Of a stretch of DNA of 64,000 nucleotides, positions 56,517 through 64,000 are shown one piece after another. Below the pieces are notes generated by a model. The model had not been told where the DNA came from, did no database searches, and saw only the letters and a program-made list of their open reading frames with translations. Both the position numbers and the translations under genes were made by a program. The stretch's first letter is position 1. Every line of letters begins with the position of its first letter. The stretch spans positions 1 to 64,000 of the forward strand of contig JAKFBU010000039.1 in assembly GCA_036676985.1 (NCBI GenBank), given 5' to 3'. Source of the stretch: Candidatus Sericytochromatia bacterium. GTDB taxonomy: Bacteria > Cyanobacteriota > Sericytochromatia > S15B-MN24 > UBA4093.

Positions 56517-57116
56517 ATGCGTCGCTGGATTCCCCTGATGGCCTTGGTGCTCGCAGGCTGCGGCACGGTCGGCCAGGCTCCCCGGCTCGAGACGGCGGAC
56601 GCTTCCCGCCCGCAGGCGCTCGTCGAGCCCTCGGACTCGCAGGCCAAGGCGGACAAGAAGGCCCACAAGTGGGCCGAGGACGCTCGCCAGGTGGGCGTGG
56701 GCTACGCCTTCTACCGATCGACGCTCCTGAGCGGGACGACCCACGTCTATCACTCCAAGCAGCTGAACCAGGTATACATCGTGGCGTTCGCGGGCACGAG
56801 CTGGATCAGCAAGGACCGCGTGGACCAGGACGGCAAGCACGCGGCGATCGCGCGCCTGCTGGGCACGGTGAAGACGACGGGCGCCTCGGCCAAGGTCGTC
56901 TACGAGGAGGCCAAGCGCGCGGGCCTCGGCGAGGAGAAGGTGACCATCGGCGGTCTGATCCAGCCGCCCTTGCCGCTGGTGCCGAGCCTGTGGACCTTTC
57001 ATGTGTACAAGCCGCAGGTGTTCCTGAACGCCCAGACGGGCAAGCCGCTCCTGAGCATCACGAGCCGCCAGGTGTCCGATTACCTGGTGCCCGAGTGGTT
57101 CGATCCCGAGATTTAA
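56517..57116 (+). CDS. hypothetical lipoprotein
   Basis: GGAGG RBS; canonical lipobox LAGC. Confidence 0.75.
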   Translation: MRRWIPLMALVLAGCGTVGQAPRLETADASRPQALVEPSDSQAKADKKAHKWAEDARQVGVGYAFYRSTLLSGTTHVYHSKQLNQVYIVAFAGTSWISKDRVDQDGKHAAIARLLGTVKTTGASAKVVYEEAKRAGLGEEKVTIGGLIQPPLPLVPSLWTFHVYKPQVFLNAQTGKPLLSITSRQVSDYLVPEWFDPEI

Positions 57117-57120
57117 AAGG

Positions 57121-57193
57121 GAACCGTTTGCCCCCCTTCGACAAGCTCAGGACAGGCTTCGACAGGCTCAAGACAAACGGTTTTGTTGTGGGG
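57121..57193 (+). repeat. family A REP-like unit with an internally duplicated core
   Basis: GAACCGTTTG..CCCTTCGACAAGCTCAGGACAGG-CTTCGACAGGCTCAAGACAAACGG..GTTGTGGGG. Confidence 0.75.
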
Positions 57194-57225
57194 ACAGGGA
57201 AAAAGCGTCCATCCCCAAAAGACTT

Positions 57226-57253
57226 AACCGGCCGCCCCTCGGGGCGGCCGGTT
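57226..57253. terminator. terminator hairpin between convergent genes
   Basis: AACCGGCCGCCCC-TC-GGGGCGGCCGGTT. Confidence 0.7.
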
Positions 57254-57271
57254 CGATTTCTTGATGTCCGA

Positions 57272-58234
57272 CTAGCGCTTGAAGATGGCGTTCTCCACCG
57301 TGTTCGTGAGCTTCTTGCGGAACATCTTCTCGTACAGGTAGCCGAGGCCCATGCCGGCGGCGATACCGATGGCCGTCCCCACGAACGGGATGGGGATCAG
57401 GGTCCCGATGGCCGCACCCGCGAAGGTGCTCGCCGAGCCGATGACGGTGTAAGCGCCGGTGTCGGCGACGAAGCCGCTCACGGCCTGCTTGCCCGTGGCC
57501 TTGCCGGTCATGAAGGCCAGGCCGTTGGTCACGGCCGAGGTGATGCCGGCGAACAGGAAGTTCCGCTTGAGGCCGCTCACGGCCGCCTGGAACCCGGCGC
57601 TCGCGGCGTTCTTGAGCGACTGGAAGGCGTTGCCGATCGCACCGCCGACGCCGCTACCGCCGCTGATGCCGCCCGCGAGGCCCTCGTCGACCATCATGCC
57701 GCCCGAGCCGAAATCGCCGGGGATGTCGGTGGGGATGTCGGACGGCAGGCCGCCGATCTCGCCGGGGATGGCACCGCCGCCGGAGCCGGGGTTGAAGAAC
57801 CCGCCGCCTACTCCGCCGCCGCCGAAGCCGCCGCCGAGACCGAGCCGATCAGCGATCCAGGTACCGACTTTGGCCAGCAGGGGCGAGCCAACGCGGACGG
57901 CACCGGGGAGATCGAGGCTGTCACCAGGACGGGGATTGGGGCGCGGAGTGGGGCTGGGCGGGGTCGGCCGGGGCGTGGGCGCCGGGGGCGTCGGACGGGG
58001 GGTCGACGACGACTTGGGGGGCAGCCGCAGCACCTGGCCGGGGTAGATCAGGTGGGGGTTGGAGCCGATGGTGGTCTTGTTCAGGTTGTAGATCTCGCGC
58101 CACCGATCCTCGTCGCCGAGTTGGGTGCGCGCAATCCCGTAGAGCGTGTCGCCCTTCTTCACCGTGTAGGAACGGTAGGCGACGGCGCGGGTCGACTGGA
58201 CCGATGCGGCGCTCAGCGTGTTCTGGATTGCCAT
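57272..58234 (-). CDS. LysM domain protein with a Pro/Gly linker and hydrophobic glycine-zipper C-terminus
   Basis: YTVKKGDTLYGIA...WREIYNLN...NPHLIYPGQVLRLP; GAAIGTLIPIPFVGTAIG; AGGAGG RBS. Confidence 0.85.
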   Translation of the reverse strand: MAIQNTLSAASVQSTRAVAYRSYTVKKGDTLYGIARTQLGDEDRWREIYNLNKTTIGSNPHLIYPGQVLRLPPKSSSTPRPTPPAPTPRPTPPSPTPRPNPRPGDSLDLPGAVRVGSPLLAKVGTWIADRLGLGGGFGGGGVGGGFFNPGSGGGAIPGEIGGLPSDIPTDIPGDFGSGGMMVDEGLAGGISGGSGVGGAIGNAFQSLKNAASAGFQAAVSGLKRNFLFAGITSAVTNGLAFMTGKATGKQAVSGFVADTGAYTVIGSASTFAGAAIGTLIPIPFVGTAIGIAAGMGLGYLYEKMFRKKLTNTVENAIFKR

Positions 58235-58505
58235 TGCGAGACCTCCTGTTCGCGAGGGGTTATGCAACGGTTATAGGGTGGTAAATGAACAGCTTGCTAA
58301 AGATGAAGAAACTTTTTACATTCTCCGGCCCCCAATGTGCGGCCATTTCGCATGTCAACAACCTCACAACAGCGCAACACGGTTACGAACCCCCGAGGTC
58401 ACATTGTCACCATCTTCGCCAGAGGACAGACAAACATCCTAAAATCAGAGCTTTTGCCCATTTCCCACACGGTGGCAGGATGACGCCAAATGAGGTAAGT
58501 TGCCT

Positions 58506-59231
58506 ATGATGTCTCATCAACAACTATTGCTTGCCATCGACGACCTCAACCGCGAGCTGGCGCCCCTGCGCTTCGCGGAGCCGGTGAGTCACGTCTACAA
58601 CCCTCTCGTCTACGCACGATCCGGCTACGAGGCCTACCTTAACCTGGCGGGAAATGGGCCCAAACGCGCCTTCTTCCTCGGCATGAACCCGGGCCCCTGG
58701 GGCATGGCCCAGACGGGCGTTCCCTTCGGCGAGCCGCGAATCGTCCGGGAGTGGCTAGGCATCGAGGCGGAGATCGGCAAGCCCGACCCGGAACACCCCA
58801 AGCGTCCCATCCTCGGCTTCGACTGCCCGCGGGCCGAGGTCAGCGGCAGCCGGGTCTGGGGCGCCATCCGGACCCACTTTGAGACGCCCGAGCGCTTCTT
58901 CGAGCGGTATTTCCTCGCCAACTACTGTCCCTTGATCTTCATGGAGGCCTCGGCTCGCAACCGCACTCCGGACAAGCTTCCCGCCAAGGAGCGGCAGGCG
59001 CTGTTTGCGGCATGCGATCGCTACCTGCTGCGCACCGTGGAGATCCTGCGGCCCGAGTGGGTGATTGGCATCGGCACCTTCGCCGAGCAGCGGGCCCGCC
59101 TCGTCCTGGCGGGAACGGGCGTCCGGATCGGACGCATCCTCCATCCCAGCCCCGCCAATCCCGCGACCAACCAGGGCTGGGCCAAGGTCGTGGCCCGCGA
59201 GCTCACGGAGCTGGGACTCTGTCCCCTCTAG
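58506..59231 (+). CDS. SMUG1-type (family 3) uracil-DNA glycosylase
   Basis: VYNPL.YA, GMNPGPWGMAQTGVPFG, EVSG, NYCPL, HPSPANP. Confidence 0.92.
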   Translation: MMSHQQLLLAIDDLNRELAPLRFAEPVSHVYNPLVYARSGYEAYLNLAGNGPKRAFFLGMNPGPWGMAQTGVPFGEPRIVREWLGIEAEIGKPDPEHPKRPILGFDCPRAEVSGSRVWGAIRTHFETPERFFERYFLANYCPLIFMEASARNRTPDKLPAKERQALFAACDRYLLRTVEILRPEWVIGIGTFAEQRARLVLAGTGVRIGRILHPSPANPATNQGWAKVVARELTELGLCPL

Positions 59232-59358
59232 TCGCTCTGCGTTAGGACATCCTGCCCAATAGTCCTCGGTCGTTTTGGTCAATCCGCCGCATACGGGCCC
59301 TCCCGGTGCGGGTCCATACTGGATCCGTCGTGGCCTGGAAGGCCGAGGAGGTGGACGG

Positions 59359-60063
59359 ATGAAGCTGAGCGAAGCGGCGTGTCACCTGGGGATCGGGCTG
59401 GTAGCAGGCCTCGTGGGGACGGCGGCCATTACCGCCTCGCAGATGATCGAGATGCGGATCCGGGGTCGAAAGCAAAGCACGACCCCGGCCAAGGCCGTCG
59501 AGAAGGTGCTCGGCATCGAGCCGATCAATCGACTGGCCGAGGAACGGCTCTCGACCCTCACCCACTGGGGCTACGGCACGGGCTGGGGAACGTTCCGGAG
59601 CGTGCTCGGCGTGATCGGGGTCCACGGCCCCGTGGCGAACGGCCTGCACACGGGCGCCATCTACGGGACGGCCCTGGTGATGCTGCCCTCGCTCAAGGTC
59701 GCCCCTCCCGCGAGGGAGTGGGGCCTCAAGGAGCTCGGGATCGAGTTGTTCCATCATGCGGTCTATGGCATGGCGGCCGGGACGACCTATGACATTCTCT
59801 GCCAGCGCGCCTTGGGGACGTCGAAGGGCCGATCCGCCTGGAACCTCTTGGTCGGCGGCTTGACGGCCATCGGACTCCGGCAGCTGAGCCAGTCGCTCGA
59901 GCAGCGGCGGCGGGCGCGCGGGCCTCTGGCGCGATCGCGCCGGATCGCGAGCGTCGTCTGGCAGCGCGACTGGCCCCGGGCGATCCGCGAGTTCGACGCC
60001 TTGCGCCGCGATCTCACGCCGACGGGCTTGGCGTCCGTGTCGATGACGCGCGTCCGCCACTAG
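59359..60063 (+). CDS. hypothetical membrane protein (DUF1440-like)
   Basis: GAGGAGG RBS; GLVAGLVGTAA, HWGYGTGWG, HHAVYG. Confidence 0.7.
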   Translation: MKLSEAACHLGIGLVAGLVGTAAITASQMIEMRIRGRKQSTTPAKAVEKVLGIEPINRLAEERLSTLTHWGYGTGWGTFRSVLGVIGVHGPVANGLHTGAIYGTALVMLPSLKVAPPAREWGLKELGIELFHHAVYGMAAGTTYDILCQRALGTSKGRSAWNLLVGGLTAIGLRQLSQSLEQRRRARGPLARSRRIASVVWQRDWPRAIREFDALRRDLTPTGLASVSMTRVRH

Positions 60064-60079
60064 TCGCTTGGCGTGGAGC

Positions 60080-60110
60080 ACGATCCCCGCCCGGTTCGGG
60101 CGGGGATCGT
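60080..60110. terminator. terminator hairpin between convergent genes
   Basis: ACGATCCCCGCCCG-GTT-CGGGCGGGGATCGT. Confidence 0.7.
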
Positions 60111-60114
60111 ACGT

Positions 60115-60660
60115 TTAGAAGCTGTACGAGCCGCCGAGCTCGACGGTCCCCATGGTGCCCTGGGCGGACCCTCCCTGGGCTGACAGGGAGGGCAGCTGCG
60201 TAAAGGACAGCGTGAGCTCCACCGAGACGTTGGCGGAAGGCCGGAAGCCGAGTGCCAGGCTGGGTCCGAAGCCCCAGGATGAGGCCAGGGCTTGCGGGCT
60301 CGTCACCATCCAAAGGCCCCGGACATCCAGCGCCGGCGTCACGTAGAACTGGCTGGACAAGGCGAGCGGCAGGCCCACCTGCAACGTCGGGTCGAAGAAC
60401 GCGTAACTCGCTCCCTGCGTGAAGTCGCGGGTGTAGGCGTAGTCCAGCGCGAGGCCGATCTGGAACGGCCGGATCCCGAAGTTGCTCCCGAAGACCTGGA
60501 CACTGCCGCCGTAGCTCGTGGAGGTCGGCGCTGACGCGGGGCCGGTGATCGAAAGCGTCCGGAGCTTGGGCAGGCTAATCCCCACTCCGGCCGCCTGAGC
60601 GGGCTGGGCCAGAATCCCGACGGCCATGAGCGTCAGGAACCATCGACTGTGTGCGTGCAT
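60115..60660 (-). CDS. small outer-membrane beta-barrel protein
   Basis: Signal peptide ...PAQA; alternating beta strands; C-terminal VELGGSYSF. Confidence 0.7.
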   Translation of the reverse strand: MHAHSRWFLTLMAVGILAQPAQAAGVGISLPKLRTLSITGPASAPTSTSYGGSVQVFGSNFGIRPFQIGLALDYAYTRDFTQGASYAFFDPTLQVGLPLALSSQFYVTPALDVRGLWMVTSPQALASSWGFGPSLALGFRPSANVSVELTLSFTQLPSLSAQGGSAQGTMGTVELGGSYSF

Positions 60661-60821
60661 CGTGCCTCCTCGCCGCATGAAATCACCAAGCGGGCTATAC
60701 CCATGTGACAAGCAACCGAACCTTTGGGGCCCTGCTGTCGTCACAGACTAGCGAGCCTCAGTTTGACGACGGTTGGACCCGGGAACAAAGCGCACGATTG
60801 GCGCGCACTAAGGAGAAACTC

Positions 60822-62180
60822 ATGTCAGGACGCGTAGCGGCACTTTCCCTCAGCCTACTGCTCTCGATGGCCTTGCTGCCGAGCGCCCCGGCGGTGGCCC
60901 AGATGAAGACCAGCAAGGACGCCAAACCTGTCGCGGCTCCCGCGGCCAACACCATCCAGAGCTTCTCGCAGGCGATCGTCCCCATCAACCGGCCGACGCT
61001 GGCCCTCTTGCCCGCTCAGGCGAGCCTCTACAGCCCGCACAACGATGCGCTGTACGGCCGGCTGCAGGCCGCCCTCATCGGGCTGGGGCGCTTCAACGTG
61101 CTCGAGCGCGGCAAGATCCAGGCGTTGGTGGGTGAGCGCGATCTGGTTCGTAACGGCTACGCCCAGCCCTTCGAGATCGGCAAGCTGCTCAACGCCCAGA
61201 AGCTGCTCATCGCCGAGATGACGAGCGATCCGAGCGCCCAACGCATCTACGACAAGAAGGGTAAGAACAACCGCTTCGAGAGCTATGCACGAGCGACCGT
61301 CCGCTTCATCGACGTCTCGACGGGCGTGGCCTACGACGCCTTCGAGGTGACGGCCGAGGCGAGCGACGCCTCGTCGCGCGAGCGCGCCGAAGCCCAGGCC
61401 ATGGACTACATCGTGGGCCAGATCTTGAGCGGCGTGCGCAGTCGCACGCGCCTCAGCGCCATGGTCACGGATCGCTCGGGACGCCGGGTCCACCTGAACG
61501 AGGGCCGGAACATCGGCATCAAGCCCGGCCAGTACTTCGACGCGGTGGACGCCTACGGCGAGCACATCGGGCACCTGCACGTGACCGCCGCCTCGGACAC
61601 CCAGGCGACGGCCGAGATCATCCGCGGCTACTACTCGGTCGCCTCGGGCCTAAGGGTCATCGAGCAGGCGGGCGGCGGGTGGCCGTTCGGCATCGGCTTC
61701 GCCAACCGCTCGTTCATCTCGGCGGGCAACATCGAGGGGGCGTTCAACGCCCTGGATCTGCACTTCAACCAGTCCGGCGTCGGCCTGGGGGGCGGCGTGG
61801 AGCTCGGTCACCTCTCGCATCGCGGGGGCCTGCAGGGCTTTGGGGCCATGGTTCGCCTGGAGCCGCAGGTGGAGATCGTTCCCGAGCGCTTTTGGCTGTA
61901 TGCCCACCTGGGCGGCGGCCTGGGGCTCTACTCGGCGGGCATTCCCAACTCGAGCGACCTCGGGACGTCGCTCTCGCTGAACGCGCTGGCAGCGGTGGGC
62001 GCCAACGTGCAGCCCCTGGGTGGGCTGAACCTGTTCGTGGACGGTGGCTACATGAGCCCCTGGCAGCTCACCGACTGGCAGCGCCGCGTGGGTGAGAACT
62101 CGATCCGCGTGACCGAACCGATGCCCAACCCGATCATCGGGGGAGCGTTCGCCCGAGCGGGAGTCAGCTGGGCCTTTTAA
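60822..62180 (+). CDS. CsgG/FlgT-like domain protein with a C-terminal beta-barrel
   Basis: Signal peptide; GRFNVLERGKI...IGKLLNA...VRFIDVSTG; VHLNEG.NIGIKPG; C-terminal ARAGVSWAF. Confidence 0.75.
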   Translation: MSGRVAALSLSLLLSMALLPSAPAVAQMKTSKDAKPVAAPAANTIQSFSQAIVPINRPTLALLPAQASLYSPHNDALYGRLQAALIGLGRFNVLERGKIQALVGERDLVRNGYAQPFEIGKLLNAQKLLIAEMTSDPSAQRIYDKKGKNNRFESYARATVRFIDVSTGVAYDAFEVTAEASDASSRERAEAQAMDYIVGQILSGVRSRTRLSAMVTDRSGRRVHLNEGRNIGIKPGQYFDAVDAYGEHIGHLHVTAASDTQATAEIIRGYYSVASGLRVIEQAGGGWPFGIGFANRSFISAGNIEGAFNALDLHFNQSGVGLGGGVELGHLSHRGGLQGFGAMVRLEPQVEIVPERFWLYAHLGGGLGLYSAGIPNSSDLGTSLSLNALAAVGANVQPLGGLNLFVDGGYMSPWQLTDWQRRVGENSIRVTEPMPNPIIGGAFARAGVSWAF

Positions 62181-62195
62181 GCCTGGAAATTGCTT

Positions 62196-62223
62196 GAGCC
62201 CGGCCCTTTGCGGGGCCGGGCTC
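62196..62223. terminator. terminator hairpin
   Basis: GAGCCCGGCCC...GGGCCGGGCTC between convergent 3' ends. Confidence 0.7.
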
Positions 62224-62240
62224 GAACTGTTCGTGTGTCG

Positions 62241-62462
62241 TTACTGGGCCGGACGGTTGGCCAGTTTGATCGCAGCAAAGCTGGAGAGCGGCGTGATAAC
62301 CAGGGCCGAGACGACGAAGGCGATGGGGTGCGGCAGCATGAACATGTTGAAGACGCAGAACAGCAGGAAGATGACCGATACGGCGATCGCCGGGCGATTG
62401 CCGGCCGCGGGCGCGATCTTCTTGGCTACCAGCGGCCCGATGAACGCGCCGATCGCCCAGCT
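62241..62462 (-). pseudogene. 3' remnant of a membrane-protein gene truncated at the island boundary
   Basis: Frame absent from the ORF track: SWAIGAFIGPLVAKKIAPAAGNRPAIAVSVIFLLFCVFNMFMLPHPIAFVVSALVITPLSSFAAIKLANRPAQ*; host-like codons; no start codon, in-frame TGA a few codons upstream. Confidence 0.7.
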
Positions 62463-62642
62463 AGACCATCAAGTGGCAACTTCGGCCCCGAAGGCTCTTT
62501 AGGCAGGCGATTCGAGGTTACGGTTTCCTTGATTACTCTCACCTTGTCGGTTGGAATCCGTTTGAGACTTCGATCTCGGGGAAATCGATCCAGTAGAGCC
62601 TAAACGCGAGGTATTAGGCTACCACCACTCACAATTGCTAAA

Positions 62643-63446
62643 CTAATCAGGCAGTGAATCGATAAGCCTTCTGACATAATTTTTTTTCGGATCATATTTA
62701 ACCACTTCGAATGCATCTTGCAATGCACTTACCGAGGTCTCCAATACATCGTAATCAACATCAGATGGCTCTTGAACTACAGCTATCATTTTAGCAGTAT
62801 CATAACCAAATGACGCTCTTGCTTTACTTGCGTTATACGCCAATCTTTTGGCCATATCGAGCTTTTGCCAGTTTTTCCCAATATGAAGTGAGACAGGTTG
62901 AACAACTAGGCGAGGTATCTCGTTTTGGATTTCCACAAGATCGAAAGAAATAGCAAGCTTCTTGTCTACTTCTCGAGACGTTAGACGCGCGAGTCGCTGA
63001 TTTCCGCTCACAACAAAGTCGTTATGAACTCGAGTCAAAAAAGCAGCTTGCTTATCCTTGCCAGCGGCCTTCTGCCTAACTTTTTCAACATCGCTTAAGC
63101 GCACAAATTGCTTAAATAAGTGTCGAACGTCTTGTTCCAATTCATCGTAGTAACCCATAAAAACTGGTGAAAACGCAAGCATACCACCCACGCTTGCATT
63201 AATTTCCTCGAGAAATCCCTCAATTTTATCTTCGCCTTCTACACCTCCTTGAACTACCTCAAGGATTTCTTTCAAGCTCTTAATATCGACTTCAGGATCA
63301 ATACATTTTAAAGGATCAAAGTTTTTTGCAAATTTACAAAAAACCCTCTTTTTTGAGAGATCGTGTATAACCAATCCAATATTCATAAATTCGCCGCGAA
63401 CCTGATCAGGAACGAAGCGAGCGACGCAATACTGAAACTCGTTCAC
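62643..63446 (-). CDS. DUF3037 domain protein
   Basis: FQYCVARFVPDQVRGEFMNIGLVI N-terminal signature; FSP; LFKQFV. Confidence 0.85.
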   Translation of the reverse strand: MNEFQYCVARFVPDQVRGEFMNIGLVIHDLSKKRVFCKFAKNFDPLKCIDPEVDIKSLKEILEVVQGGVEGEDKIEGFLEEINASVGGMLAFSPVFMGYYDELEQDVRHLFKQFVRLSDVEKVRQKAAGKDKQAAFLTRVHNDFVVSGNQRLARLTSREVDKKLAISFDLVEIQNEIPRLVVQPVSLHIGKNWQKLDMAKRLAYNASKARASFGYDTAKMIAVVQEPSDVDYDVLETSVSALQDAFEVVKYDPKKNYVRRLIDSLPD

Positions 63447-63457
63447 GTGGCCCCCCG

Positions 63458-64000
63458 TTACGTTACATCACTCTGCGGCACGGATCTTTCAAAGGCGCCA
63501 TACAGCAAACTACGAACCAATGGTGCTCTCGCTAACAAAAAGGTCTTTAAAGTTGATTTGTCTAGGTCGTTTAATTTCCACGCAGACGGAACAATTGAAA
63601 TAGCCGAAGAAATCTGAATATCGTCTACACTTTCCATGCGTGTTAGATATTCTTCAAAGCAACCACGTCGAATTGCTTGAGAATGCAATCCCTGGTATCC
63701 AGGCAGGACATTTCCAGCACCCGAAACAAGGCCCAATTGAGAGTGTGTCCAATCAGCTCCAGTAAAGCAATGGCCGTGGTCAATTTGATAGTAATCAAAT
63801 TTAGCTTCACCAACTCGGCGTAAAAGCGTATTCCCTTTATTTGCCACCCTATCGCCATTTAATGTCCAGGTATCAAAAACTATTGTTCCTACCATTTCTT
63901 GCCGATTTCTAATCTTCGAAAAAAGGCGAAGGCTTCGCATTAAGCCTTGAATCATGACATGGTCTAATGTATATGAATTTTTAATCTCTAAACAACCGAA
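63458..64000 (-). CDS. HipA-like kinase (HipA_2 type), 5' end outside the window
   Basis: Frame open to the window edge (FGCLEIK...); FDTWTLNGDR...GNTLL...QIDHGHCF catalytic and metal-binding motifs. Confidence 0.85.
   Translation of the reverse strand, partial: FGCLEIKNSYTLDHVMIQGLMRSLRLFSKIRNRQEMVGTIVFDTWTLNGDRVANKGNTLLRRVGEAKFDYYQIDHGHCFTGADWTHSQLGLVSGAGNVLPGYQGLHSQAIRRGCFEEYLTRMESVDDIQISSAISIVPSAWKLNDLDKSTLKTFLLARAPLVRSLLYGAFERSVPQSDVT

Larger units (their letters stand above)
62465..64000. mobile_element. left edge of a low-GC horizontally acquired island
   Basis: Abrupt switch from GC-rich to AT-rich sequence after CTAG at 62461-62464; no integrase or transposase visible in the window. 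Confidence 0.65.

Noticed and set aside
62190-62603. Plus-strand ORFs 62190-62603 and 62194-62502
   Set aside because: They start inside a terminator and cross the island junction; the minus-strand remnant explains the coding signal.

Overview
A GC-rich, diderm bacterial chromosomal segment with about 60 supportable CDSs and no rRNA, tRNA or CRISPR array. A cyanobacteria-type conserved membrane protein, abundant GCGATCGC (HIP1-like) octamers and C/G-run palindromic repeats, with no photosynthesis genes in this window, suggest a non-photosynthetic relative of Cyanobacteria such as Ca. Sericytochromatia (inference only). Contents: a wHTH + 2x DUF5985 module; ackA-pduL; an infA/zinc-ribbon operon near a DEAD-box helicase and arfB; a sugar ABC importer; general-stress and microaerobic genes (SDRs, pyruvate oxidase-like, cytochrome c peroxidase, pckG, BON-SRPBCC, wrbA, cydAB); a yybP-ykoY Mn riboswitch ahead of a UPF0016 transporter; and an orphan GspE/PilB ATPase with duplicated MshEN modules. 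Best candidates for something new: (1) a covarying, two-state RNA hairpin motif and a matching promoter shared by the 5' leaders of the infA-zinc-ribbon operon and the DEAD-box helicase; (2) a translationally coupled 7-gene alpha-2-macroglobulin envelope operon with unusual partners (stand-alone transpeptidase, SpoIID, AMMECR1, VanW, PAS kinase); (3) a low-GC HipA-like kinase/DUF3037 island whose edge truncates a resident membrane-protein gene. Two families of structured palindromic repeats and a FAM151/menorin-like protein are also present. All family assignments are by motif recognition; no database search was run.
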